Of a stretch of 58,265 nt of DNA, positions 9,025 to 18,351 are shown one piece after another. Below the pieces are notes generated by a model. That model ran no database searches. It was not told where the DNA came from and saw only the letters and a list, made by a program, of their open reading frames with translations. Positions within the stretch are counted from its first letter, which is position 1. Every line of letters begins with the position of its first letter. The stretch comes from Patescibacteria group bacterium. GTDB taxonomy: Bacteria; Patescibacteriota; Minisyncoccia; Phycocordibacterales; UBA918. The translations under genes were made by a program, and so were the position numbers. Location of the stretch: NCBI GenBank assembly GCA_038065355.1, contig JBBTRC010000007.1:118580-176844 (forward strand), written 5' to 3'.

Positions 9025-9626
9025 TCAGCAAAATAACCTTCTTTCTGCATCATTTCGTGAAAGTAATCGTTGAATTGTTTTATGTGAGGAAAGTAGTTCA
9101 CGTAGGGAATTTTAATACGCAGGGAGTCGTCGTGCGTCAAGCCGACATTTTTTGCCCAAGCCTTCCCTTCTTCGTTGTACAAGTGGAACATCGGTTCAAT
9201 TTTATCAATTGCTTTCACAAATTTGGCCTCTTCAGTTTTTTGTTCTTCATATTCCTGGAGTAACTTCAAAATTTTATTCTTTAAAATTTCAGGCAAGTTT
9301 TGAATGACACGCTCGGCGGCGCGGGCTTCGTTGGCGCGGTCGTCGTCGGTCTTTTTCCAACCAATTATATCGCCAGTTTCGATTTCATCGACGTCATGCC
9401 AGGTAATCAGCTCGTGAATTTTTGCGTGATCCAAGTTCCCGTTTGCATCGTCGTAGCCAAGAAAAAAGTCAGCCAACACCTGCATACCGAAAACATGTTC
9501 CGCGACCGACTCAGTGAAGTCTTTCTCGTCACGGGTGAGTTCGTACCGAATTTCATACTTCAAGGCATACACGTACTGGATGCCTCTTATGCAGTCAGCT
9601 ATTTCGGTTGGAGTAAATTGTTTCAT
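9021..9626 (-). CDS. HD-domain phosphohydrolase (YfbR-like 5'-nucleotidase family)
   Basis: 201-aa ORF with an H…HD…D pattern (HVFGMQVLADFF … WHDVDEIETGDI). Confidence 0.7.
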   Translation of the reverse strand: MKQFTPTEIADCIRGIQYVYALKYEIRYELTRDEKDFTESVAEHVFGMQVLADFFLGYDDANGNLDHAKIHELITWHDVDEIETGDIIGWKKTDDDRANEARAAERVIQNLPEILKNKILKLLQEYEEQKTEEAKFVKAIDKIEPMFHLYNEEGKAWAKNVGLTHDDSLRIKIPYVNYFPHIKQFNDYFHEMMQKEGYFAE

Positions 9627-9629
9627 GCG

Positions 9630-11060
9630 TTAGTTTGTATGTGTGCGAATAAGTTCTACCAGCAGTCGCACCGGCTCCCCGGTGGCGCCTTTAGCTAGTT
9701 TATCACTTGGAATACTGTCCATTCGCGGCGCAATATCGAGATGCACCCAAGGGATTTTTTTAGAGACAAAAAATGAAAGAAACGTTCCGCCCTCAATACT
9801 GCCGCCGAAGCGGCCGGTGGGAGCGGCGACATTATTGATGTCGGCTCGCGTGCCTTTGAGGTACTGTTTGTACTCGTCCCACAGCGGCAGTGGCCAGACA
9901 AGATCGCCGGTTTTTTCACCGAGCTCAACCAAAGTCCGTTGCAATTTTTCGTTCTTGGTCATGAGTGCGCTGGCGTGCTGGCCGAGCGCGACAAGGGCGG
10001 CGCCGGTTAAGGTGGCGATATCTACAATAAGCGCTGGCTCGTACTCCTGCTGCGCGTAGGTGAGCGCATCGGCCAGCACCATCCTGCCCTCGGCATCGGT
10101 GTGTAAAATTTCCACCGTTTTACCTGAGAGCGACGTCACGATATCCCCCGCCCGCATGCTGGTCGCTGATACGGCGTTTTCCGCCGCTGGTATGAGGCCG
10201 ACGACATTTTTCTTTATTCCGAGAGCAGCGATAGCTTTGATTGTTGCGATCACTGATGCGCCACCAGACATATCCATATGCATGTCGTGCATGGCGCCTG
10301 CTGGCTTGATGTTGAGGCCGCCAGTATCGTAAGTGATTCCTTTACCAACCAATACGATAGGTTTTTCGGCTTTTTTACTCTTGCTACCCTCCCCCGCTCC
10401 CCAGTATTCAATGATGATAAAGCGGGGTTTATCATCGGCGCCCTTCCCGACCGCGTGCAGTAGGCCCATTTTCTTGGTCTTGATTTGTTTTTCATTAAAG
10501 ACAGTGATCGTTGCGCCGGTGCCTTTTAGAATACGAGCGGTCGCCGCAGCGAGTTTGCTTGGAGTCATATCATCACCCGGTGTGTTGGCAATGGTACGAG
10601 CCTCATTCGTCGCTTCGCCAATCGCGAGTCCAACATCAAACGCAACTTTTTGTGTTTTTGTTGCAACGCCACAGACCAGGATTTCTTTGAGGTGTTTCTT
10701 CGTTTTCTTAGTTTTATACTCGGTGAATTCGTACTGTGCCAACGCCAAATTTTCTGCCAACGTTTGCATAAGCCAAGCCTCGCCCATAGTTTTAATTTTG
10801 GGCGCGCGGAGGGTACCAAACGGAAGTGCTAGGTATTCCAGTCGGTGCGATTTTGCGGTTTGAACAATCGTTCGCACGAGCGTGCGAAATGAGCGAGGAG
10901 TGATGTCTTTGTACTTCCCAACCCCCATTCTATATTCCAACTGGCCATCTTTTGTCTCAACCAGTCTGTGCCAATCAGGCCTGTCTTCAGTCAGAATAAA
11001 CCGACAGTATTTTTTAGGAGTATTCTCCAACGTTTTTTGTGTAGTGCTAATTTTGGTCAT
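9630..11060 (-). CDS. pepA: leucyl aminopeptidase (M17)
   Basis: 476-aa ORF with motifs VGKGITYDTGGLNIKP and HTDAEGRMVLADAL. Confidence 0.85.
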   Translation of the reverse strand: MTKISTTQKTLENTPKKYCRFILTEDRPDWHRLVETKDGQLEYRMGVGKYKDITPRSFRTLVRTIVQTAKSHRLEYLALPFGTLRAPKIKTMGEAWLMQTLAENLALAQYEFTEYKTKKTKKHLKEILVCGVATKTQKVAFDVGLAIGEATNEARTIANTPGDDMTPSKLAAATARILKGTGATITVFNEKQIKTKKMGLLHAVGKGADDKPRFIIIEYWGAGEGSKSKKAEKPIVLVGKGITYDTGGLNIKPAGAMHDMHMDMSGGASVIATIKAIAALGIKKNVVGLIPAAENAVSATSMRAGDIVTSLSGKTVEILHTDAEGRMVLADALTYAQQEYEPALIVDIATLTGAALVALGQHASALMTKNEKLQRTLVELGEKTGDLVWPLPLWDEYKQYLKGTRADINNVAAPTGRFGGSIEGGTFLSFFVSKKIPWVHLDIAPRMDSIPSDKLAKGATGEPVRLLVELIRTHTN

Positions 11061-12450
11061 TGGTTTGCTTTTTTATAGAGAGACCAAGCTCAAGTAGTTG
11101 TTCAACAGTAAGGGGTTTGGGAGCATTCATGACAGCAGTCTGACCTTTGCGCGTCATTGGAAAGGCTTGTACTTCACGAAGTGATTCTTCACCAGTCAGG
11201 TTCATCACATTTCTCTCAACACCGAGCGCAATGCCGCCGTGAGGTGGAGTTCCAAAAGTGAAAGCTTCAAGGATATGTCCAACCTTCTCACGAGTTTCTT
11301 CCTCGGTGTTTCCCATTACTTTATATACCGCTTCAAGAATTTCTGGTTTGTGGGCGCGGATGCTTCCTCCACCTGCTTCATAGCCGTTGCATACCAGGTC
11401 GTATTGACTGGTTAAGATATTTTCAATATTTTTTCCGGCAAGCAAATCTTCAATGTGTTCTGTTTTAGGCATGGAGAAGGGGTTGTGAGTGAATGTCCAA
11501 GTTCCTTTGTCGGTTTTTTCAAAGAATGGAAAATCAACGACCCACGCATACGCCAATACTCCACTTTTCTTATCTTCATCAGTACGCATATCAAATTTGT
11601 CGGCACCGTACTTGGCCATTGATTCGGCATAAGTAACTCGCGGAAATGGTTTTTGTTTGATTGTAAATCCAAGGCTCTCAACGGTGTGCGTTATCATGTC
11701 TTCAATCATCTGTATGACGTCATCACGTTCGACGAATGACATTTCAACATCGATTTGTGTATGCTCGTAGCCGCGGTCGGCCCGTAAGTCTTCGTCTCGA
11801 ATCGCTCGGGCAATTTGTACATACCGTTCAAAACCAGCGTTCATGAGAAGTTGTTTGTACTGTTGCGGAGATTGCGGCAAGGCGTAGAATTTGCCTGGAT
11901 GATGTCGGCTCGGCACAACAAAGTCTCGAGATCCTTCTGGTGTCGATTCGGTCAGGAGCGGTGTTTCGATTTCCACAAAATCTCGTTCCATCAAAAAGTT
12001 TCTACAGCGACGTACAAATTCGCTTCGTAGACGGATGTTACGTTGCATGCGGTCGGTTCGTAGATCCAGATAACGATACTTTAGGCGAAGTTCCTCGTCC
12101 TTGTCCTTAGAGTCTTCGCTTAATGCAAATGGTGGTGTTTCGGCTTTATTCAAAATATCAATGGCAGTGATCTCGAGTTCAACGTCACCGTTCACTACAC
12201 CAGTCTTGCGCATTTTTTCGGGACGTTCGTTCACCACTCCCGTCACCGAAACCACGAATTCATTTTTTAGCGTTTTCGCAATTTCTAGCACGTCAGGTTT
12301 GCCGAAGACCACGCCTTGTACTTTTCCAGAGCGGTCTCTAAAATCAAAAAAGGCCATTTTCCCTTGGTCACGGGCGACATCAACCCAGCCAGCAATGGTG
12401 ACGGTTTGTCCAACATGATTTGATAAATCTTTAATGAGTGTTCGTTCCAT
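11047..12450 (-). CDS. aspS: aspartyl-tRNA synthetase, bacterial-type motifs but no GAD insertion domain
   Basis: Motifs FYALPQSPQQYKQLLM, QIARAIRDEDLRADR, GGGSIRAH and PPHGGIALGVER. ATG at 12450 (MERTLIKD) is preferred over the TTG at 12474. Confidence 0.85.
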   Translation of the reverse strand: MERTLIKDLSNHVGQTVTIAGWVDVARDQGKMAFFDFRDRSGKVQGVVFGKPDVLEIAKTLKNEFVVSVTGVVNERPEKMRKTGVVNGDVELEITAIDILNKAETPPFALSEDSKDKDEELRLKYRYLDLRTDRMQRNIRLRSEFVRRCRNFLMERDFVEIETPLLTESTPEGSRDFVVPSRHHPGKFYALPQSPQQYKQLLMNAGFERYVQIARAIRDEDLRADRGYEHTQIDVEMSFVERDDVIQMIEDMITHTVESLGFTIKQKPFPRVTYAESMAKYGADKFDMRTDEDKKSGVLAYAWVVDFPFFEKTDKGTWTFTHNPFSMPKTEHIEDLLAGKNIENILTSQYDLVCNGYEAGGGSIRAHKPEILEAVYKVMGNTEEETREKVGHILEAFTFGTPPHGGIALGVERNVMNLTGEESLREVQAFPMTRKGQTAVMNAPKPLTVEQLLELGLSIKKQTNDQN

Positions 12451-12470
12451 GTTTGTTTTGTGCTGTAGAA

Positions 12471-12526
12471 GCAAAAATCGCCCCTACAAACACATAGATT
12501 AACTAGTATGTTTGTAGGGGCGATTT
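12471..12526 (-). terminator. Rho-independent terminator (18-bp stem)
   Basis: aaatcgcccctacaaaca (12475-12492) pairs with tgtttgtaggggcgattt (12509-12526). On the minus strand it is followed by TTTTTGC. It ends only ~20 nt upstream of the aspS ATG. Confidence 0.75.
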
Positions 12527-12615
12527 CAATCATGTTGATTGACCGCGGTGCCACCCTACTTCGGTCCAGGATTTGTCTCCCGAGACCCTTTTAATGAATA
12601 AGTTTTGTACGTAGT

Positions 12616-12676
12616 CGTCTAGCAATTTTGGACGGGATAAAGTCCAAAATTGAGACGTAAATTCGCAATAGTCGCT
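12616..12676 (-). repeat. structured hairpin repeat, copy A
   Basis: Minus-strand RNA: AGCGACUAUUGCGAAUUUA, then CGUCU, an 11-bp stem, an 8-nt loop, a CU bulge, then AGACG. Same architecture as the copies at 20020 and 20157. Confidence 0.6.
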
Positions 12677-12735
12677 ACGCTCGTTTACTCATTCATATTT
12701 TTCGACCACGTTATATCGGACGTCTCCGGGAGATT

Positions 12736-13137
12736 CTACTCGCTTTCTAAGCTTTCCTTCCCCGCCTCAGCAGTGTCAGCTGCGTCTTTGGCAGAGTTTG
12801 ATAATACCTCGGAATTGTCTATTTGTGAACCGTTTACTTTAGAAAGATCAATTTCAATGTTAACCGCCCCCTGCGGCCACGCGAGTACGGTTACCGCATC
12901 TATATTCAAATCTGGAACTTCGGCGTGTAAGTCAGCAATAAATTGTTCATGTTCAGCTTTTCCAAGACCGATTTGATTGTTAGTTGCTGTTTCACCTAGT
13001 ATCTGGAGTCTAATTTTCTCAGAGTTTTTTTCAACGACGTTTAGGATATACCCCTTACGCTCGGCCAGCGCCTCAATATCGGTGAGGATCACATTCTCTG
13101 TCTGTTCCGGTGAAATTTCTGGATTGTACATATGCAA
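12736..13137 (-). CDS. hypothetical acidic protein (133 aa)
   Basis: Clean ORF directly downstream of trpS on the same strand. No recognised motifs. Confidence 0.55.
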   Translation of the reverse strand: MHMYNPEISPEQTENVILTDIEALAERKGYILNVVEKNSEKIRLQILGETATNNQIGLGKAEHEQFIADLHAEVPDLNIDAVTVLAWPQGAVNIEIDLSKVNGSQIDNSEVLSNSAKDAADTAEAGKESLESE

Positions 13138-13140
13138 ATG

Positions 13141-14088
13141 CTAAATGGTAATTCCAACTACGTCACGAACCTTTGCCAATGTTTTATTGGAAATCGTTTT
13201 GGCTCGTTTGACACCATCCGCCAATACCGATTTTACCTCGTCGTCGGTGATATTGGCTCGGCGCTCGCGCATGGGGGCAATAAAAGCATCCAAATCAGCT
13301 GCCAGTAGTTTCTTTAAGTCCCCGTAGCGGCCTTTGTGTTCTTCATAAATCGGATCAAGCATGTCAGTTGGTTTGAGAAGGCGGTGAATGGCATAGACGT
13401 GTTCTGGCCGTTCACCGGTTGAGTCGGTCACAATGCTCATGACCGCCTTTTCAATTTCGTCTTCAGTGCCGAACAACGGGATGGTGTTGCCGTAACTTTT
13501 GCTCATTTTTTGACCGTCGGTGCCGGGCACGACGCCCACTCCTTCCAGAATTAATGTTTCCGGTTCTTTTAAAATTTCTCCGTATGCCCGATTAAACTTC
13601 CCCACCGCTTCTCTAGTGTACTCGAGGTGCTGGCGCTGGTCTTCACCAACTGGTACCACATCCGTCTCGTAGAGTGTGATATCGGCCGCTTGCAGCATGG
13701 GATACGTAAAGAGGCCAACATTTGGTTCTAGTCCTTTCGCCACTTTGTCTTTATACGAGTGGGCCTGCATAAGGAATGGCACCGTCACCTGACAGTCGAG
13801 CACCCACGCCAGCTCCGTGTGATCTTGATTATCTGATTGCCGAAAAATGGTGGCTTTGACGGGGTCGACACCAACTGCCAAGTAGTCCTTCACCACATTA
13901 AAAATATTTTGACGGAGAACGGCCGGCTCTCGGACAGACGTGAGAGCGTGGTAGTCGGCCACCATGAGAAAGCTGTCGTACTGCTCGTAAATATCGAGAA
14001 AGGGTTTGAGTGCACCGAAGTAGTTACCGATATGGAGTGTTCCTGAGGATTGCAGACCAGTGAGGAGGCGTTTTTGGGTGTCGGACAT
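13141..14088 (-). CDS. trpS: tryptophanyl-tRNA synthetase
   Basis: 315-aa ORF with motifs GTLHIGNYFGAL (HIGH-like) and KMSKSYGN. Confidence 0.9.
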   Translation of the reverse strand: MSDTQKRLLTGLQSSGTLHIGNYFGALKPFLDIYEQYDSFLMVADYHALTSVREPAVLRQNIFNVVKDYLAVGVDPVKATIFRQSDNQDHTELAWVLDCQVTVPFLMQAHSYKDKVAKGLEPNVGLFTYPMLQAADITLYETDVVPVGEDQRQHLEYTREAVGKFNRAYGEILKEPETLILEGVGVVPGTDGQKMSKSYGNTIPLFGTEDEIEKAVMSIVTDSTGERPEHVYAIHRLLKPTDMLDPIYEEHKGRYGDLKKLLAADLDAFIAPMRERRANITDDEVKSVLADGVKRAKTISNKTLAKVRDVVGITI

Positions 14089-14124
14089 GTGTCTATACTA
14101 CCAAAAAACGCCTTCACCCACCAA

Positions 14125-15780
14125 TTACAACGCCAGTGGCATGACCAACGTGAAGGTGGAACCCTTGCCTTCCCCTTCAGAGGTTACCGTGATGTCGCCG
14201 CCCATAGCTTCTGCCATTTTTTGTGCGACATAAAGACCAAGGCCGGTGCCAGAGACGTTTACGCTGTTCGCATTATGGGCGCGCTCAAATTTATGGAAGA
14301 GCTTGGCGGCAGATTCTTTACTTAAGCCAATACCAGTATCGGTAATTTCAACAAATATGCGTTTCTTAGCCGCATCGTCTCGCACCAGTACCTTGATCGA
14401 TCCTTGCTGTGTATATTTCAGCGAGTTGTTAATGAGGTTGTGTACGATTTGGGTGGTTTTGCCAATGTCAGCATGGACGACGCCGCGGCTCTGGATCGAA
14501 CTACGGAAAAGTAAGACGAGTCCCTTCTTCATGGCTTCAGACCGCACGTCGTCACAGATATGGTCAACTTCATCGCGTAGGTTGAAGTCAGACAGCACAT
14601 ACTTCATATTGCCCGACTCGATGCGCGATACGTTCAGATAGTCTTCCACTGAGAGCGCCATGAGCTTCGCTGAGTCTTCAATCCGCACGGCCGCGTCCTC
14701 GGCTTTTTTTGGTAACTTGCCAAAGCTTCCCTCCGCCAACATCGAGGCGTAACCGCGAATTGAGGTGAGCGGGCTGCGCAACTGATGCGACGCAATCGAA
14801 ACAAATTCCGATTTCAATTTATCCAGTTCCTTCAACCGCTCGTTTGCAGAGGCTAACTTCTCAGCGAGCTCCTCGATTTCTTTTCGTTGTTTATTTTCTC
14901 GACTCGCGCTTCGCCAAAGCAAAACACCAAAAGAAAGCGTAATAAATGATCCTACTCCAGAAACAATATATTGAGTAACTGTGTCAGCCAAAAAGATGTC
15001 CATGATGCCAACAATAACGAACAGTGAAAATAGCAATTGAACAGAAGTGAGGCTGCTTGCTTTTGTTTGGAACATTTGCTGCTCAGTTACAGCAAACGTG
15101 AGAATAAACATAAACACCGGCAATGCGAAAAGTGAGTATAAATTGATTTCGTACACGTCGGTTATAGTTGCTATATACTCTGAACCACCAAAAAGACCCA
15201 TAAATAGTACCGCAGCTGAAGTCAGCAACATTACGTGATTTCTCACTTTTTTTTCAGACCACTTTCGTATCGTCTGCAGTACTCCAATGAAGGTGATAAA
15301 GGCCACTACTCCTGTTTCTAGATACACTTTGTACAGAGAAAGTGAGTCATTTTCATACATCTCGCAATTTGGTTGGTCAAATTCATTTACTGCCAAGCCA
15401 CTAATTGTAAGGAGTAGTGGATAAACTGCGGCAGTAATCAGAACGACAGTAAGCCATCGCGGTGTTCGCGAGGGCTTGAAAAAATCAATATATAGGAAGT
15501 ATAAAAGTGCTAAAAAGAACAGTGTGTTTATGTAGTCAAGCGAGGACCAGATGCCAGCCACCGTGTAGTAGTTATTTGTATTCCAGATGATTACGTCCCC
15601 TATCATCCACAATGCAAATAGCCAGGTAAAAAAGAGGAAAATAACAGCCTTTTTCTTTGATGCCGCATATCTAACTGCAAACCAACCCAACACAATGCTC
15701 GCAAACGCTGGCACCAAGTGTGCGTACAGCGAGAGTTGCCGTAGTTCACTTGTTGTTTCAAAACAAGTATTTAAATCCAT
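14125..15780 (-). CDS. sensor histidine kinase with polytopic N-terminal membrane domain
   Basis: 551-aa ORF with ~7-8 predicted TM helices, then a coiled coil, the H-box SHQLRSPLTSIRGY and ATPase boxes DTGIGL and GTGLGLYVAQ. No response regulator in the window. Confidence 0.85.
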   Translation of the reverse strand: MDLNTCFETTSELRQLSLYAHLVPAFASIVLGWFAVRYAASKKKAVIFLFFTWLFALWMIGDVIIWNTNNYYTVAGIWSSLDYINTLFFLALLYFLYIDFFKPSRTPRWLTVVLITAAVYPLLLTISGLAVNEFDQPNCEMYENDSLSLYKVYLETGVVAFITFIGVLQTIRKWSEKKVRNHVMLLTSAAVLFMGLFGGSEYIATITDVYEINLYSLFALPVFMFILTFAVTEQQMFQTKASSLTSVQLLFSLFVIVGIMDIFLADTVTQYIVSGVGSFITLSFGVLLWRSASRENKQRKEIEELAEKLASANERLKELDKLKSEFVSIASHQLRSPLTSIRGYASMLAEGSFGKLPKKAEDAAVRIEDSAKLMALSVEDYLNVSRIESGNMKYVLSDFNLRDEVDHICDDVRSEAMKKGLVLLFRSSIQSRGVVHADIGKTTQIVHNLINNSLKYTQQGSIKVLVRDDAAKKRIFVEITDTGIGLSKESAAKLFHKFERAHNANSVNVSGTGLGLYVAQKMAEAMGGDITVTSEGEGKGSTFTLVMPLAL

Positions 15781-15788
15781 ATACTTTC

Positions 15789-16592
15789 TTAACTATACCC
15801 TCTCTTTGTAAGCAGTGCATCTACGTCAGTTGGATAACAGTCCCAATACACTCTATACTCTTCAGTTTTGTCCATAATTCGCACAACGAGCGGATCGAGG
15901 CCGTATTTTTTGCGCACGTTTTTAAAAGCAGGATAAGCTACTTTCGCGGAAAAACCCTCCTCTGCTGGAGAAGTAATAAAGGATTCACAGAGAATCGCGT
16001 CTCTCACAAACAAGGACATCAATGCCTCATAATAGTCGGCCGCGCTTCCGTTGTAGACCTTAAACCACGAAGACAAATCAACGGTACATTTGCTTATACT
16101 GATTTGAAAATATTTCTCAAACAGTTTATGGTGCAGCTCCATTAGTTTTTCTCCCCGAAGTGTGCGTACGTCCTTGAGGAGGTGGCCATTGTAGGCATTG
16201 AAGTCGACAACAGTTCGATACTCAAACACATCAACACCCGTTGCGGAGGTAAATTTAAAAATAGGCAATTTTCCAAGACCTCTCTTAAACGGGTTTCCAG
16301 CTCCCACAAATTTATCGTCATAGTACTCAAAGATTAATGGCTTCAACTCTAATTCTTTGGCTATTTTTATAAACTGTTCAGTTTCAGTAACCGGTGATGC
16401 GATTTGTCGAAATAGCACCAGGTGAGGTTCCTTAAGAACGACTTTAAGCTTGGGAACCAAAAAAAGTTCCTCACGCAATTGCTGTGTCAGTGCTACGTTT
16501 TCGCGGCGTTTAAATAATTCGGTGCGAGCCCGCTCAAGATCAGAGTAAAACACATCAAAACGACTGTCATACGAAAAATGAGATTTGTTCAT
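15789..16592 (-). CDS. hypothetical cytoplasmic protein (267 aa)
   Basis: Clean ORF 8 nt upstream of the kinase start. No recognised motifs. Confidence 0.55.
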   Translation of the reverse strand: MNKSHFSYDSRFDVFYSDLERARTELFKRRENVALTQQLREELFLVPKLKVVLKEPHLVLFRQIASPVTETEQFIKIAKELELKPLIFEYYDDKFVGAGNPFKRGLGKLPIFKFTSATGVDVFEYRTVVDFNAYNGHLLKDVRTLRGEKLMELHHKLFEKYFQISISKCTVDLSSWFKVYNGSAADYYEALMSLFVRDAILCESFITSPAEEGFSAKVAYPAFKNVRKKYGLDPLVVRIMDKTEEYRVYWDCYPTDVDALLTKRGYS

Positions 16593-16594
16593 GG

Positions 16595-16933
16595 CTATTC
16601 ACTACAGGTAACGTCGTCACTTGGTTCACAAAAAATTTCGGTGCACAGACTTGCAGTTTGTTCAAACCGACAAATACTCGCACAACTGTTGTCGGTGCAC
16701 GAGTCAAAATTTGAGGCGCTAATTTCGTACACTGTAAACACCTCAAGGCCATTTGGTGGACAGTAGTCCTCGCAACTGCGCGTGTAGCAAATTTGCTCTT
16801 CAGGGTCACATGCTGCTTCAACCAAGAAAGTGTAGTCCTTAAAAAGCAAGTACTTAGTAAAAGCGGTGAGAGCCACAAAAAAAAGTGATCCGATTACCAA
16901 GATAGCAAGAACGGTGTCTCGGTTAAATCTCAT
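16595..16933 (-). CDS. small membrane-anchored cysteine-rich acidic protein (112 aa)
   Basis: N-terminal TM helix followed by a ~75-aa acidic region with about 11 Cys. Tightly packed with neighbouring genes. Confidence 0.5.
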   Translation of the reverse strand: MRFNRDTVLAILVIGSLFFVALTAFTKYLLFKDYTFLVEAACDPEEQICYTRSCEDYCPPNGLEVFTVYEISASNFDSCTDNSCASICRFEQTASLCTEIFCEPSDDVTCSE

Positions 16934-16965
16934 GGCACACTAATTGTAACATGCGGCTCGAGTAA

Positions 16966-17883
16966 TCAGGGCTTTATTCCCACAAACAGCATCGCACTGC
17001 CTATAATTACTATAAAAATACCAATAATTTTTTGTAATAAAATCCTTTTAGACATGTCCTCCTCAATGCGGATGATGGTAAAATTGGAAATAACGAATGT
17101 AATAATCAAGATAAAAATTGGCTGGTAGGCTTCGGTTGATTGTATTAAGGCAATCGGAGCAAATAAAATGGCATATGCAAATATTGTGTCTCCGATGACA
17201 GTGAGAGATTCATTAATGGCGTTGAAGCTTAAAATTTTTACACTACTTGTCTTGAGAAATTGGTTGAATATGTGTCGCGCGGAGGTATGTGTCAAATAAA
17301 TTATCACACCCGTAATTACCATACCAACTGCTCGCCATATCAGCGACGACCAAAATTCCTCCTCTATCGCTACTGACTTGAACAGTGTGTGTAGTAAGCC
17401 CATTACAACAGACGCGCTAAGGGCAGTGACGAGGACGGGTACATGAAGCGATTTTTGTTTAAAGTTAATGGTTAAAACTAGTGCCCCAGCCAAAATTGTT
17501 AAACCAGCAATAATCTGATAGTTAGTCAAAGTCTCATTCAGAATGATTGAGGCAAAAATGAAACCAAACACCGGTGCCAGCATGAGAAGTGCCATTACGA
17601 TTGATGTGTCCGCGTAACTTAGCGCCTTGAGATATTGTGTGAGCCAGATAACCATTAAAACTCCGGACAGAATGAGGATCAGTATTTCTGTGAGGGGTAA
17701 CCAAATGGTCGGAGCAAAATACAACCCAAACGGAACGAGCACGAGCGGAAAAAAACAAGACAAAATTACAATTCCCCCCACGTTACCATTAGGCGCGTAT
17801 TTAGTTACCAAGTATTTATCGACGATGTTGGTGAGTGACCAAATGAAGGCTGCGGCGATACCAAGTAGAAAACCAATAGACAT
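16966..17883 (-). CDS. EamA/DMT-superfamily transporter
   Basis: 305-aa ORF with ~10 TM helices in two similar halves, typical of EamA. Confidence 0.75.
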   Translation of the reverse strand: MSIGFLLGIAAAFIWSLTNIVDKYLVTKYAPNGNVGGIVILSCFFPLVLVPFGLYFAPTIWLPLTEILILILSGVLMVIWLTQYLKALSYADTSIVMALLMLAPVFGFIFASIILNETLTNYQIIAGLTILAGALVLTINFKQKSLHVPVLVTALSASVVMGLLHTLFKSVAIEEEFWSSLIWRAVGMVITGVIIYLTHTSARHIFNQFLKTSSVKILSFNAINESLTVIGDTIFAYAILFAPIALIQSTEAYQPIFILIITFVISNFTIIRIEEDMSKRILLQKIIGIFIVIIGSAMLFVGIKP

Positions 17884-17941
17884 GAGAAAAGTTGTAAATA
17901 CCTTACCACGGTACCACGAATATTCGCTACTCTTACACTAG

Positions 17942-18328
17942 CTACTCACTCGGAAAGCGGAGGCCGCGGTCAACCACCTGCACATCATAGTCGGTGGTAC
18001 CAAAGGCTTCGGCGAGAAGTTTGGTGAATTTTTCGGTATCAAGATCGTTTTGACAGGTGTATATGTCTGCGGATACAAAACCTTTCTTGGGAAAGGTGTG
18101 GTAGCTAATATGGCTTTCAGCAATCATCACAAAGCCGCTGATGCCGCCTGGATCTTTGTGATTTTGTGGCCCAACTTCAACGACGACGGGTTCGCAAATA
18201 GTGTGCATGACCATTTTCTCAGGAATCTCCGAAAGGAGTTTAGTAAGGTGCGCCCGGTCGCTAAGTAAGGTTTCACTAGCGTTGTAGCCATCAAACATGA
18301 GGTGAACGCCAAATTTTTCGGTTTTCAT
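17942..18328 (-). CDS. speD: S-adenosylmethionine decarboxylase proenzyme (small, class 1b type)
   Basis: Self-processing motif AESHISYHTFP and a length of ~128 aa from MKTEKFGVHLMFDGY. The longer ORF start at 18391 would overlap the upstream gene. Confidence 0.7.
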   Translation of the reverse strand: MKTEKFGVHLMFDGYNASETLLSDRAHLTKLLSEIPEKMVMHTICEPVVVEVGPQNHKDPGGISGFVMIAESHISYHTFPKKGFVSADIYTCQNDLDTEKFTKLLAEAFGTTDYDVQVVDRGLRFPSE

Positions 18329-18351
18329 TGCCAGTATTATACGGTCTTTTT

